Origin: Patescibacteria group bacterium
GTDB taxonomy: Bacteria; Patescibacteriota; Minisyncoccia; Phycocordibacterales; Phycocordibacteraceae
Assembly (NCBI GenBank): GCA_040388985.1
Contig: JAZKAU010000002.1
Location: forward strand, 52,570 to 116,569
DNA: 64,000 bases
Direction: 5' to 3'
Shown: positions 1-9,545 of the stretch, piece by piece
How positions within the stretch are numbered: the stretch's first letter is position 1
How the letters are laid out: each line of letters starts with the position of its first letter
Position numbers and translations under genes: made by a program
Notes under the pieces: generated by a model
Told to the model about the DNA's origin: nothing
Database searches by the model: none
The model's input: only the letters and a program-made list of their open reading frames with translations

Positions 1-262
1 CTGCTTTCTGCGCAGCGGCTACGTCAGGAGCGGTTTCTTGCACGGTGAAGGAGATGCGCGCGATATCCGGAACAGCAGCGCCCTTCCCTGTACCGTTTAC
101 AGTTATCGTATTGATCGGCGGATTGTCTCCCTTACCGAACGTACTCATGGCATCGAACGTCTTCACGAGAAGGAAGAGCGCAAGCACGGTGAGGGCTGCG
201 GCAGCAGCGAGGCGCACCGGGCGACTAGCGGCAACTATCGTATCTCTGGTTTCTGGGTTCAT
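1..262 (-). CDS. SIMPL (DUF541) domain protein, runs off window start
   Basis: Manual translation from ATG at 262: MNPETRDT...TM...NTITVNGTGKGAAVPDIARISFTVQETAPDVAAAQ, a typical SIMPL N-terminus. Confidence 0.8.
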   Translation of the reverse strand, partial: MNPETRDTIVAASRPVRLAAAAALTVLALFLLVKTFDAMSTFGKGDNPPINTITVNGTGKGAAVPDIARISFTVQETAPDVAAAQKA

Positions 263-320
263 AAAATGAATGTATTGGTTATATCTCCTACTGACGCTTA
301 TTTTACCATTTCCTTACGCA

Positions 321-494
321 AGCCTTCTGAAATTCCCCGACCTGCTGCGTTGTCGCTATCGTTCAATTCCTCACCGTACTTCAAGTACGACTCGGACTTT
401 CACCACAAGGGTACTTCTTATTTCCTACTTCCTTCGGTCGTGGAAATAAAGTCGCACTCTGCTCCGCCTTGCATCTCGGGTTTTTCAGGAGGCT
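321..494. mobile_element. MITE-like palindromic element, family A copy 1
   Basis: Ends AGCCTTCTGAAA/TTTCAGGAGGCT; shares CTGAAATTCCCCGACCTGCTG and GCTCCGCCTTGCATCTCGGGTTTTTCA shells with other copies. Confidence 0.75.
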
Positions 495-534
495 CTTAAC
501 CTCCCTCACTGCTGCTATATACTATGTACGTCAT

Positions 535-1272
535 ATGAATCCGCTCCTCATACTCCTCGTGGCAGTCGCGGCGGCTATAGCGACCTTCCTGGGCGGCTCT
601 CTTGCGCTGCGGCTACGCGATAAGCTGCACCTCGTGCTCGGCTTCTCGGCAGGAGCCATTATCGCAGTGGCCTTCTTCGATCTCCTGCCCGAATCCCTTC
701 AGCTCGGTACTGCGTACCACAGCATAGCTACCCTTCTCACGTTTACCGCGCTCGGCTTCTTCCTCTATACCGTTCTTGACCGCTTCATCGTGCTTCATAC
801 GCACCATGATGATGGAGGCGTTCATGCGCACAACCAGCCGAAGCGTGCGATGGTTGGTGCGGGCTCCCTTTCAGGCCACAGTTTCCTCGACGGACTAGCT
901 ATCGGACTCGCCTTCCAAGCATCGGCTGCCGTGGGCGCTATCGTCGCTATAGCCGTACTTGTCCACGATTTTTCCGATGGCATCAATACCGTAAATCTCG
1001 TTCTGAAAAATGGTGGCTCGAGAGCCCTTGCCTTCCGCTGGCTCCTCGCCGACGCGCTCGCTCCGATACTCGGCGTACTCGCCACATTCTTCATACATGT
1101 AGGAGAAGGTGTGCTGTCACTCATCCTTGCCACCTTCGCCGGCTTCTTCCTCTACATCGGCGCCTCAGATCTCCTGCCTGAAAGTCACCACTCACATCCC
1201 AAGGCGCTTACTACTGTCCTCACTCTGTTGGGCGCGCTCGTACTCTACGGCGCGATACATATTGCCGGCTAA
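535..1272 (+). CDS. ZIP family metal transporter
   Basis: Multi-TM; HSFLDG, HDFSDG, LLPE motifs and His-rich loop; start moved to ATG 535. Confidence 0.9.
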   Translation: MNPLLILLVAVAAAIATFLGGSLALRLRDKLHLVLGFSAGAIIAVAFFDLLPESLQLGTAYHSIATLLTFTALGFFLYTVLDRFIVLHTHHDDGGVHAHNQPKRAMVGAGSLSGHSFLDGLAIGLAFQASAAVGAIVAIAVLVHDFSDGINTVNLVLKNGGSRALAFRWLLADALAPILGVLATFFIHVGEGVLSLILATFAGFFLYIGASDLLPESHHSHPKALTTVLTLLGALVLYGAIHIAG

Positions 1273-2126
1273 GCGCTGAATAGCGCCGCCAGTTCCTTTT
1301 TCAGACGTACGGCGTCCGCGACTCCGTCGTCGAACGTCTCCCGAAGCTTCTTTCTGTCTCTGCTTGCCAGAGTCGTCGGCAGCTTTTTCCTGCTGACATA
1401 CAGCAGATCAACACCTGTCGGAACGATAAGCGAACGATCAGTCCATGTGTCTCTGACAAGTGCCTCTCTGAGACCTTTGGGGCACCAGAGCGCATAGAGC
1501 CGAACCAACAGGCGAATGAACATCGGCCTGGAAGAAGAGTTGTCTATGAAGAGTATCTTCGTCGCCCCCTTGCTGAGAGCGAAATCCACCTGACTCTGTA
1601 ATGACTCGCCCACAGTCCCATCAAGATACTTCCTCCCGAGAAGCGGAACGGTCTTTCCGTATAGCAACGGCAATGCCATGGTCGCGCGTAGAATTTCGAA
1701 CGGGTCAACATCATCTTTTCTCGAAATAAAGCGTATCGTTCCATCTTCAGCGTCAACGACTGAAATGTAATATTCAATGGGAGAATCCTGCAGGCTTGCG
1801 GTATCGAAAGGTGCCTGCTCCCTGAAGACCGTATCGATCAAGTAGTCGATGTCCATATCTCTCCTGAAGCGCAGATATGATATGAATTTCGGCGTGCAGA
1901 GTAACTCCGTCCATACCCGTAACGCTTCGTCGTACTGCTGCTGCTTGCGTGTCGCGTAGTAGAGCAAGTTCCCTGCATTTCCCGAGCTGCCCACCACCAT
2001 GTCAGGGGTAGTGATATTCAAATGCGTACCGAGCGCATACAAGAAACCCGCGCCATGCGCGCACCTCATTCCTCCTCCCGTACAGATGATGGCCGTCTTG
2101 TGTTCCAGATTCTCAAAGAGTACCAC
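1269..2126 (-). CDS. Patatin-like phospholipase
   Basis: GGGMR oxyanion motif, GSSG nucleophile region, YLDG motif. Confidence 0.85.
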   Translation of the reverse strand: MVLFENLEHKTAIICTGGGMRCAHGAGFLYALGTHLNITTPDMVVGSSGNAGNLLYYATRKQQQYDEALRVWTELLCTPKFISYLRFRRDMDIDYLIDTVFREQAPFDTASLQDSPIEYYISVVDAEDGTIRFISRKDDVDPFEILRATMALPLLYGKTVPLLGRKYLDGTVGESLQSQVDFALSKGATKILFIDNSSSRPMFIRLLVRLYALWCPKGLREALVRDTWTDRSLIVPTGVDLLYVSRKKLPTTLASRDRKKLRETFDDGVADAVRLKKELAALFSA

Positions 2127-2145
2127 CTGCTACCGATAATCCGAC

Positions 2146-2814
2146 TTAATTCGACTGGAGCGTGCCGAGCATCGCCTCAAGCGCCTGATGCCCGGGAAGT
2201 GAACGGGTGTCGAGCTTCGCGTCTGTCCAATCTGCTACGTTATGCTCAAGTACTTCGAAGCGCAGTACGTCGTTCTCGCGCGGAAGATAGTAGAGACTAT
2301 GGACCTGCCCTTCGAAACGCTCCGCGACTATCGTCTGGAACGTCTTCCCGTTTATGATGACCGGCGTGAATGCGTCCATATTCTTCGGCTGCATGCCGGA
2401 TGACTCGTACATAGTCTCGGCGAGCATGACGTCATTCGCTCCCTTTCCGGCAGGTATAGGGTACCGGCGAACTACGATCGCATCTTTGGGCTCCGTCATC
2501 ATCGATTTCTCGTAGCTCGCTACGAGCGAATCGCCGGAGGTACTAGCGCTCGCATTTTTCGCGTAGCCTGTCGGGAGCGCGAAGAAGATACCGATCTGCG
2601 GAAGCTCTACGCTTGGAAGCGGGCACGCAGCAAAGGCGCACGACGGGCCGGTGCGTCCGACTGAAGAGCCATCCGGACACACCTTCGCTTCTGCAGTACA
2701 GGCCATAGCCTGTGAATTGGTGCCGCGCGTCGGCGCCTCGAGCGTATTGCGGTACAGGAATCCCGCGATGCCGATAATGAGTAGAAGAACGGCGAGACCA
2801 GCGAGTTGTTTCAT
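2146..2814 (-). CDS. Membrane-anchored protein with Cys-rich motif
   Basis: N-terminal TM followed by CTAEAKVCPDGSSVGRTGPSCAFAACP, a motif common in CPR surface proteins. Confidence 0.7.
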   Translation of the reverse strand: MKQLAGLAVLLLIIGIAGFLYRNTLEAPTRGTNSQAMACTAEAKVCPDGSSVGRTGPSCAFAACPLPSVELPQIGIFFALPTGYAKNASASTSGDSLVASYEKSMMTEPKDAIVVRRYPIPAGKGANDVMLAETMYESSGMQPKNMDAFTPVIINGKTFQTIVAERFEGQVHSLYYLPRENDVLRFEVLEHNVADWTDAKLDTRSLPGHQALEAMLGTLQSN

Positions 2815-2824
2815 AGAAGTAAGC

Positions 2825-3220
2825 TTATTTCTTAAGAGAGTCGCGGATCTCCTCAAGCACGATGAGTTCGGCGCTCTTATTTGCCTGCGGCGTTATTCCC
2901 TCCTCCTGCTCCTTGCGGGCAACTTTCTCGAGCCTGTTGATAAACCGGATGACCAGGAAGAGCACGAAGGCGATGATGACGAAGTCGATGACCGATTGGA
3001 TAAAGAGGCCGTATTGGATGTTCACGCTGCCGCCCAGATTAAGCGCCCAATCCTTGAAGTCGATACGGCCGAGTAAGAGGCCGATAGGCGGCGTAATCAC
3101 GTTGGTCACGAGCGATGTCGTGATATTGCTGAAGGCCGTACCGATCACGACGCCCACCGCAAGATCAAGCACGTTTCCGCGTAGCGCGAACTTCTTGAAT
3201 TCTTCGAGGAAGGATTTCAT
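2825..3220 (-). CDS. mscL: Large-conductance mechanosensitive channel
   Basis: FKKFALRGNVLDLAVGVVIG and LEEIRD motifs. Confidence 0.97.
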   Translation of the reverse strand: MKSFLEEFKKFALRGNVLDLAVGVVIGTAFSNITTSLVTNVITPPIGLLLGRIDFKDWALNLGGSVNIQYGLFIQSVIDFVIIAFVLFLVIRFINRLEKVARKEQEEGITPQANKSAELIVLEEIRDSLKK

Positions 3221-3318
3221 ATCTTATGTATACACCGATGGTTCGGTAAAACAAAAAGGCCCCGCATACGCTACGCGCGGGAGCCTTTCCGATTCCTGTC
3301 TGCATTCCTTCCGCACCA

Positions 3319-4011
3319 TCACCTCCGGAACGTCAGGACCAAGCCGCCGAGAACTCCGGCCTTCCGTTCGTCGAGGTGATTGAGCGGGATCAGTACTTCG
3401 AATCCGGGCGTGATCGACATTCCCTTCGGGAGCCAGGACGGACTGAGCGTGGCCGACAAAGCTGCGGGGAGGTGCAGCCAGTCCTTGCGACGGTTATAGG
3501 CAAGCTCAGCCGAGAGACGTATCGGCACGCCGTGAACCGATTGCGCGTACGCGCCGCTCAGCCGGAAGATCTGCGTGTCGAGCTTGCCGAAGGTCGCGAG
3601 TTCCTCGAACCGGAAACCGAAATCGAGCGTCTTCCCCGTTCCCAGTCGCTGCGTCCCGCCGATGTCGACGGCGAAGTCGACTGCATCGTTCTTCGGAAGG
3701 AACCAATAGGTGACTTCCGCCCGGCACTTGAGCGTGCCGAAGCAACGCTTCACGATGCCGGGTCCTATGTCGAGTTCAGCATCGTTCGTATCCTTGCCGA
3801 CGGTCGAGAAGAGTCGGATATACGGTCCTGCCTTCTCGGTGACTTGGCCGGTCATGACGAGGACCGGATTCTCGGAGACGACCTTACCGCCGCCCGGACG
3901 GATATTCTCCGACTTCACTCCTGCGCTTACGACCGTAGTCGTCTGCGCCGCTACTGGTATGGCGATTATGGTGAAAGGTGCTGCGAACAGCACGAAAGAA
4001 CGAAAAGACAT
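3319..4011 (-). CDS. Secreted beta-strand-rich protein, possibly TorF-like porin
   Basis: Signal peptide (PVAAQ), alternating beta-strand pattern, C-terminal LVLTF, AAGGAG SD upstream. Confidence 0.5.
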   Translation of the reverse strand: MSFRSFVLFAAPFTIIAIPVAAQTTTVVSAGVKSENIRPGGGKVVSENPVLVMTGQVTEKAGPYIRLFSTVGKDTNDAELDIGPGIVKRCFGTLKCRAEVTYWFLPKNDAVDFAVDIGGTQRLGTGKTLDFGFRFEELATFGKLDTQIFRLSGAYAQSVHGVPIRLSAELAYNRRKDWLHLPAALSATLSPSWLPKGMSITPGFEVLIPLNHLDERKAGVLGGLVLTFRR

Positions 4012-4072
4012 CGTTACATCTCCTTGAGGAAACCAGATTTGACAGTATCAGTACTTTGTTTTAATGTAAATC

Positions 4073-4090
4073 TGTCGTCGAAAACCGACA
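4073..4090. promoter_or_regulatory. Candidate TrmB operator TGTCG-N8-CGACA
   Basis: Inverted repeat just upstream of -10 TACTAT (4098-4103) of the TrmB gene. Confidence 0.6.
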
Positions 4091-4109
4091 AATCTGTTAC
4101 TATCACCCC

Positions 4110-4916
4110 ATGCTAAGCGACCTATTCAAAGAACTGGGGCTTTCCGAAAGTGCTCACCGCATATATCTCTGGCTGCTTGAAAATGGCACGTCCACGGCTC
4201 GCACGCTTGCCGAGAACCTTGGTCTTCCCCGCCCTTCCGTATATGACCATCTGAACGCGCTCATCCAGAAGGGTCTCGTGCTCGAGCGCGAGGAAGGCCA
4301 TACGAAAACGTTCCAGATAGACGACGTGAAGAATCTTCCGCGACTTCTCGAGGAACGCATGGACGCACTTAGCGAAGAGAAAGCTGCGCTCGAGGTCCTC
4401 CTCCCGCAACTGCAGAAGCAGACCGCATCGGTCGAACCGAAGATACGCTTCTTTTCCGGAGCAGAAGGCGTACGCCAGGTGCTGAATGACATCATGTGGT
4501 ACGAGAATATCGAGACGATGAGCATGTGGCCCATTCGTGAGATGGTCGATCTCCTTGGAAAGGAGTATTTCGAAAAATTAAATCGCAAGCGCATCCCGCG
4601 CGGCATCTTCATACGAGCCGTCTGGCCGGAGAACAAGCGTGTTCCCTTCAAGGACTATCCGTTTCTGGGCACCGGAACCGGCCACTTGCGTGATCTTCGC
4701 ATCGGCCCTAAGGGTATGAGCTTTGATATGGGGTACTGGATATACGCCGACAAGGTCGCCTTCCTGTCGTCGCGCAAAGAGACATTCGGCTTCACTATTC
4801 ATAGCAAGGACTTCGCGGTGATGCTGAAGTCGCAATTCGAGGTCGTATGGGCTGCGTCAAAGCCGGTTAAGCCTGAGCCGCAGCATACCGACGCCTTTCT
4901 CGAGACGGTCAGATAG
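4110..4916 (+). CDS. TrmB-family regulator 1 (helix RPSVYD)
   Basis: LGLS...IY wHTH, P-x-I-R-F-F-x-G-x-E-G linker, C-terminal effector domain. Confidence 0.9.
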   Translation: MLSDLFKELGLSESAHRIYLWLLENGTSTARTLAENLGLPRPSVYDHLNALIQKGLVLEREEGHTKTFQIDDVKNLPRLLEERMDALSEEKAALEVLLPQLQKQTASVEPKIRFFSGAEGVRQVLNDIMWYENIETMSMWPIREMVDLLGKEYFEKLNRKRIPRGIFIRAVWPENKRVPFKDYPFLGTGTGHLRDLRIGPKGMSFDMGYWIYADKVAFLSSRKETFGFTIHSKDFAVMLKSQFEVVWAASKPVKPEPQHTDAFLETVR

Positions 4917-4924
4917 ATTTATCT

Positions 4925-4999
4925 TGGGGCGGCTAGAGAGAATCGAACTCTCGATGCGAGTACCACAAACTCGAGTTTTACCACTAAACTATAGCCGCC
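4925..4999 (-). tRNA. tRNA-His(GTG)
   Basis: Cloverleaf, anticodon arm CGAGT-TTGTGGT-ACTCG, encoded G-1 and CCA. Confidence 0.95.
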
Positions 5000-5478
5000 A
5001 TGAATGTTTTCCGCTCGCCCTCGTAATGGTGTACCAGAAAATGGCAGTTATGACAAAGCCACGCCAGATTTTCAAGCTTATTATTCTTACGATTCTTGTC
5101 GATATGATGCACCGCGAGTATGCGTTTATCTATAGTTTTACAAAGTCCACACACTTGAGGGAGGTTTGCTCGATTCATGACAGCACGATAGCTACTTTGT
5201 CCGGTCGTAAAATTTTTGTGCCTTTCTGCGACGTATAGTTGGTTTCTCCAACATGTCTGGCAGCTCTTGCTGCAGAAGAACTTCCCGCTCTTGGAACGTC
5301 TAAGATCCTTATTTTGCTTATATGAAATCCTCCCGCATATATCACAGGGCATATTCTTTCCCGTGGGTCTTGCTGTCTTATAACAGGCTACGCTGCAATA
5401 CTTTCCGTTACCCTGCTTAAGTGCAGAAGGCTTGCTGTAAAAGCTAGTCGTGCACACATTACAGGGAACGATCGGCAT
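4984..5478 (-). CDS. Zinc-finger HNH endonuclease overlapping tRNA-His 5' end
   Basis: Repeated CxxC and YCS/FCSxxC fingers plus VHHID..N..N...NL..LCHNCH. Confidence 0.88.
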   Translation of the reverse strand: MPIVPCNVCTTSFYSKPSALKQGNGKYCSVACYKTARPTGKNMPCDICGRISYKQNKDLRRSKSGKFFCSKSCQTCWRNQLYVAERHKNFTTGQSSYRAVMNRANLPQVCGLCKTIDKRILAVHHIDKNRKNNKLENLAWLCHNCHFLVHHYEGERKTFMAAIV

Positions 5479-5604
5479 GCAAACAGTATGTCTTTCTTCT
5501 TCGAGTCTTGTGGAGTAAACCGACTGTGGATATATCCAGAATCCTTTATCTTTTCTTCATTTTACCTGGGTGACTCATATTCGACTCCTCTCCTGGGCTA
5601 CACC

Positions 5605-5700
5605 GAGGGCTTTCTCCTTACAGGAGCTGTATACCTTTGGGGTTTTCTCACCGAATAGAAATTCGGCTCATAAACATCGCAAAGGTCTTCAAGTCCTCTC
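5605..5700. repeat. 96-bp structured repeat downstream of tRNA-Leu(GAG), copy A
   Basis: 90/96 identical to 7775-7870 by manual alignment; ends in TTCAAGTCCTCTC (tRNA T-arm, inverted). Confidence 0.85.
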
Positions 5701-5753
5701 CCGTGCTACCAAGCGATACGACCCCGATGCTTTCGCATCGGGGTCGTTCGCCT

Positions 5754-5838
5754 TGGTGCCCAGGAGAGGACTTGAACCTCCACGCCTTGCGGCACATCCA
5801 CCTCAAGGATGCTTGTCTACCAATTTCAACACCTGGGC
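5754..5838 (-). tRNA. tRNA-Leu(GAG)
   Basis: Anticodon arm CATCC-TTGAGGT-GGATG, long variable arm, CCA. Confidence 0.95.
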
Positions 5839-5885
5839 CTGGTGTGCTCGTGCAGAGACTTGCCCACTATACGAAAGATATAGCT

Positions 5886-5925
5886 AAAAAGAAAGAGCCG
5901 CCCATAGGGCGGCTCTTTCTTTTTT
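5886..5925. terminator. Intrinsic terminator after rplS
   Basis: AAAAAGAAAGAGCCGCCC-ATA-GGGCGGCTCTTTCTTTTT hairpin. Confidence 0.75.
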
Positions 5926-5939
5926 CAAAATCTCTATCC

Positions 5940-6509
5940 TTAGCCTTCTTTCTCTTCGGTCGGAACTTCTTCAGGAGCGGGAGCAGCAGGTGCGGGTTCG
6001 TCGACTACGGAAGCTTCCGGAGCGCCAGCGACTTCTTCTGCAGGAGTCATATCGGTTCCGTCAGGATTCTGCGCAGGATCGACTGCCTGTACGTCTTCGA
6101 CGCTTACTTCAGGAGCCTCAACTATCTCCGCCTCTTTGAAGTCATCGGTGGAGATCTTCACGAGACGCATGTTGCGAAGCTGGCGACGTACCTCACGGGC
6201 CACCTTCTCGCGGATGAAGTAGAGCTTCGCGCGACGGACCTTCGAGCGGCGAGTGATCTCGATCTTCTCGATGAATGGCGCATACAGCGGGAAAATACGC
6301 TCGACGCCGATGCCTGACATAGTGGCGCGTACGGTGAAGGTCGCTCCGGCTTCGGTGCCGTGCTTTACCGCAAGCACGAGGCCCTCGAAATTCTGGATAC
6401 GAGTCTTTCCTTTCTCGACGATCTTCTGGTGGACACGTACGGTGTCGCCTGGGCGGATGCCAAGCTTCGAGCGCTCCTCCGTCTTAACCGGGGTGATTAC
6501 TGAATGCAT
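5940..6509 (-). CDS. rplS: 50S ribosomal protein L19 with acidic C-terminal tail
   Basis: [33 protein letters not shown]. Confidence 0.95.
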   Translation of the reverse strand: MHSVITPVKTEERSKLGIRPGDTVRVHQKIVEKGKTRIQNFEGLVLAVKHGTEAGATFTVRATMSGIGVERIFPLYAPFIEKIEITRRSKVRRAKLYFIREKVAREVRRQLRNMRLVKISTDDFKEAEIVEAPEVSVEDVQAVDPAQNPDGTDMTPAEEVAGAPEASVVDEPAPAAPAPEEVPTEEKEG

Positions 6510-6559
6510 AGTGGTGAAAACTGTACCATGGCGTACTGTACGAAGCAAATATAAGGATG

Positions 6560-7297
6560 TTAGGCCTTCTGCAGGCCAGCGGTTTCGGGAAACTTCGCGA
6601 TGGCAGAGGACCATTCAGCGGGTATGGGGGCTATGACGACCTTGGTGCCTCCTGACAGGAGCGAGAACTCCAGCTGATAGGCATGGAGGCCGAGGCGCTT
6701 AAGACCCAGGTCGCAGGGGTGATTAGGCGCGTAGAGCGCATCGCAGACGATGGGGTGATGGATGGCCTTGAGGTGTACGCGTATCTGATGGGTGCGTCCG
6801 GTTTCTGGCATGAGCTTCACGAGCGAGTGCGTACCGATGTCGCTCACGACCTCGTATCGAGTGATAGCCTCGCGCATCTGTCCCTTGGCTTTAGGCTGCG
6901 CGGAGCGCAGCCTAAAATCCTTCCGTGAGCGTCCGATGGCGAAGTCGATCACTCCTTTAGGTTCTTTCAGTACGCCGTATACGAAGGCGATGTAGGTCTT
7001 GCGTACCTCGTGTTCCTGGAAGGCCTTCTTGAGGAAGGCGTGCGCCTCTGGCGTCTTCGCAAGCACGAGGACGCCTGATGTATCGCGATCAAGCCTGTGC
7101 ACGATGCCCGAGCGGGTGATCTCCGTTCCGTCAGTAAGTCGTTGCGTTTCGCCTACTTCTCGGGAATCAGGGTAGCGCGCGGCGAACCAGTCGCTGACCG
7201 TCTCATCCTTAGTGTGGCCGTCCGGATGCGTCATCACGCCTGCCGGCTTGTTTATGGCGACCATATCGTCGTCTTCGTAGAGGATGGGGATGTCCAT
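6560..7297 (-). CDS. RluA-family pseudouridine synthase
   Basis: [25 protein letters not shown]. Confidence 0.95.
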   Translation of the reverse strand: MDIPILYEDDDMVAINKPAGVMTHPDGHTKDETVSDWFAARYPDSREVGETQRLTDGTEITRSGIVHRLDRDTSGVLVLAKTPEAHAFLKKAFQEHEVRKTYIAFVYGVLKEPKGVIDFAIGRSRKDFRLRSAQPKAKGQMREAITRYEVVSDIGTHSLVKLMPETGRTHQIRVHLKAIHHPIVCDALYAPNHPCDLGLKRLGLHAYQLEFSLLSGGTKVVIAPIPAEWSSAIAKFPETAGLQKA

Positions 7298-7394
7298 TAC
7301 CTACAGCCTAGCGCGCATGGAGCCCGGCCGCTAGCGGCCGGGCTCCTCCTTCAAAGATTTTGTGAAATGCGGTATGGTTGGAAAGTCCGATAAC

Positions 7395-7468
<74 letters not shown>

Positions 7469-7774
7469 CTAAAGTAAAACGAGCCGGATTCCTTCCGGCT
7501 CGTTTTACTTTGTATGGATAGAGACGGAGGATTCGAAAGCCGCAGGCGCGCGACCAGAATTTCTTGAGCGAAGCGATTAGAAATTCGAAGTGCCCTTGTG
7601 GTGAAGCCCTTTCGAGTCCGCGAGGGCTGTTGCCGACGCGGGCGTAGATTTTGTTACGAGCTTGCGAGTTAGAAAATCAAGTGCAGAGCTTCGAGAGTGC
7701 GTGACAGAATCCGAATACTTGGAGGAGTATGTCCGCAACTCGTGACCGAATCCGACTCCTTCATTTGTGCCCGG

Positions 7775-7870
7775 GAGGACTTTCTCCTTACAGGAGCTGT
7801 ACACCTTTGCGGTTTTCTCGCCGAATAGGAATTCGGCTCACAAACATCGCAAAGGTCTTCAAGTCCTCTC
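7775..7870. repeat. 96-bp structured repeat downstream of tRNA-Leu(CAG), copy B
   Basis: Near-identical to 5605-5700; overlaps an 18-bp direct repeat of the tRNA 3' end (7760-7777 = 7931-7948). Confidence 0.85.
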
Positions 7871-7938
7871 TCGCAAAGCGCGCAGGCGCTTCACTCCGGG
7901 CACAAATGAAAAAGCGCTTGTGAGCGCTTTTTCATTTG

Positions 7939-8022
7939 TGCCCGGGAGAGGACTTGAACCTCCACGCCCTTGCGAGCTCTACGACCTGAACGTAGCGTGT
8001 CTACCAATTTCACCACCCGGGC
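7939..8022 (-). tRNA. tRNA-Leu(CAG)
   Basis: Anticodon arm CTACG-TTCAGGT-CGTAG, long variable arm, CCA not encoded. Confidence 0.95.
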
Positions 8023-8058
8023 CTGCGGTGCACTATACCAGATACGTTGCGCGAAACG

Positions 8059-8790
8059 TCAGAGCGCGACTCCCGTAAATACCTTCTCGAGCGTACCTTT
8101 CGCGACCAGCTCCTCCGGAGAGCCCTGCGCGACTACCTTCCCCTTGTCAAGTATATAGCCGCGCGTGGCGATAGTGAGGAGCGACTTGATATTGTGTTCC
8201 ACCACGACGATGGATGTCCTGCGCTTCTCGTTTATATCCTTCACGAAGGCGAATATCTCTTTCACGACCTTGGGAGCCAGCCCGAGCGACGGCTCGTCGA
8301 GCAAGAGCACTTTGGGATCGGTCATGAGTCCGCGCGCAATGGCGAGCATCTGTTGTTGTCCGCCTGAGAGCGTGCCTGACTTCGCGCCGCGCTTCTCCTT
8401 GAGTACGGGGAAGAGTTCGTAGAGATCGCGTATGCGTTCCTTCACGAGCTGCGGGCTTTTGATCCTGAAACCGCCAATCTCGAGATTCTCCTCGACCGTA
8501 AGATCAGCGAAGACGCGACGACCCTGCGGGACGAAGGCTATGCCGCGCTCAACTACCTCGTGCGAGACCGGCGTGAACTTTTGCCCTTCCCAGGACACCG
8601 TGCCTGAAAGAATGGGAGCGAGTCCGAACAGAGCTTTGAGTATCGTCGACTTCCCTGCGCCATTGGGCCCCATCAGGGCAACTACTTCGCCCTCGTCGAG
8701 ATTCACGGACGCGCCGTCGAGCGCTTTCACGCCGCCATAGTGGACGTGGATATCATGCAGCGACAACAATGGTTCCTTGAGTTCTTTCAT
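8059..8790 (-). CDS. livF: Branched-chain amino acid ABC ATPase
   Basis: GPNGAGKS, LSGGQQQMLAIAR, DEPSLGLAP. Confidence 0.92.
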   Translation of the reverse strand: MKELKEPLLSLHDIHVHYGGVKALDGASVNLDEGEVVALMGPNGAGKSTILKALFGLAPILSGTVSWEGQKFTPVSHEVVERGIAFVPQGRRVFADLTVEENLEIGGFRIKSPQLVKERIRDLYELFPVLKEKRGAKSGTLSGGQQQMLAIARGLMTDPKVLLLDEPSLGLAPKVVKEIFAFVKDINEKRRTSIVVVEHNIKSLLTIATRGYILDKGKVVAQGSPEELVAKGTLEKVFTGVAL

Positions 8791-9521
8791 ACGCCTAAGT
8801 ATGCCTCGATCACTGCCGCGTCACTCAGTACGTCCTGCGGCGTGCCTTCCGTAAGGAGCTTACCCGTATCCATCACGATGACGTGATCGCAGAGTTCGCG
8901 GATGAGCGCCATGTCATGCTCGATGAGCACGATGGTCTTCCCCTGCTCTCGCAGCTCTTTCATGATTCCCGATACGAGCTTCACCATCTCCGGAAAGAGC
9001 CCCGCATAGGGCTCGTCGAAGAGGACGATGTCGGCGCCTGTGGCGAGCGCCCGCGCGATTTCAAGGAGTTTACGCTGACCATAGGACAGCTCCGCCGCAT
9101 TCGCGCTCCGCTTCTCCCAGAGTCCTACGCGCTCGAGCACTGTTCGCGCGCGCTCGATATGCGCGCCGCTCGGTCGTTCGAAGAGCGAACCGAGGATGCT
9201 CCGGCGCGTGAGCGCAATGATGATATTATCGAGCACCGTCATCTGTTCGAATATGCGCACATTCTGGAAGGTGCGGGTGATGCCCAGCTTGAAGACTTCG
9301 TAAGGGCGTATGCGAGACCGTTCCTTCCCTCCTTCAACTACTACGATTCCCCCATCCATCCTATGGATACCGGTGAGAACGTTAGTGAGCGTAGTCTTCC
9401 CCGAGCCGTTTGGCCCTATCACGCCCGTTATCTTCCCTTTAGGAATAGAGATGGAAAGCCCGTTCACGGCTTTCACGCCGCCGAATACTTTAGCCAGGTT
9501 CTTTGTCTCTAGCGCAGCCAT
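8787..9521 (-). CDS. livG: Branched-chain amino acid ABC ATPase
   Basis: GPNGSGKT, RTFQ, LSYGQRKLLEIARAL, VIEAYLG. Confidence 0.92.
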   Translation of the reverse strand: MAALETKNLAKVFGGVKAVNGLSISIPKGKITGVIGPNGSGKTTLTNVLTGIHRMDGGIVVVEGGKERSRIRPYEVFKLGITRTFQNVRIFEQMTVLDNIIIALTRRSILGSLFERPSGAHIERARTVLERVGLWEKRSANAAELSYGQRKLLEIARALATGADIVLFDEPYAGLFPEMVKLVSGIMKELREQGKTIVLIEHDMALIRELCDHVIVMDTGKLLTEGTPQDVLSDAAVIEAYLGV

Positions 9522-9545
9522 ACAAGTAGTACGATAGCACGCGTA

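Noticed and set aside
38-499. Plus-strand ORFs 38-499 and 45-269
   Set aside because: Antisense to the SIMPL gene and running into a MITE
5570-5887. Similar ORFs at 5570-5887 and 7767-8078 (FSLQELYTF...)
   Set aside because: They are translations of the 96-bp repeat plus the antisense tRNA-Leu, not credible proteins
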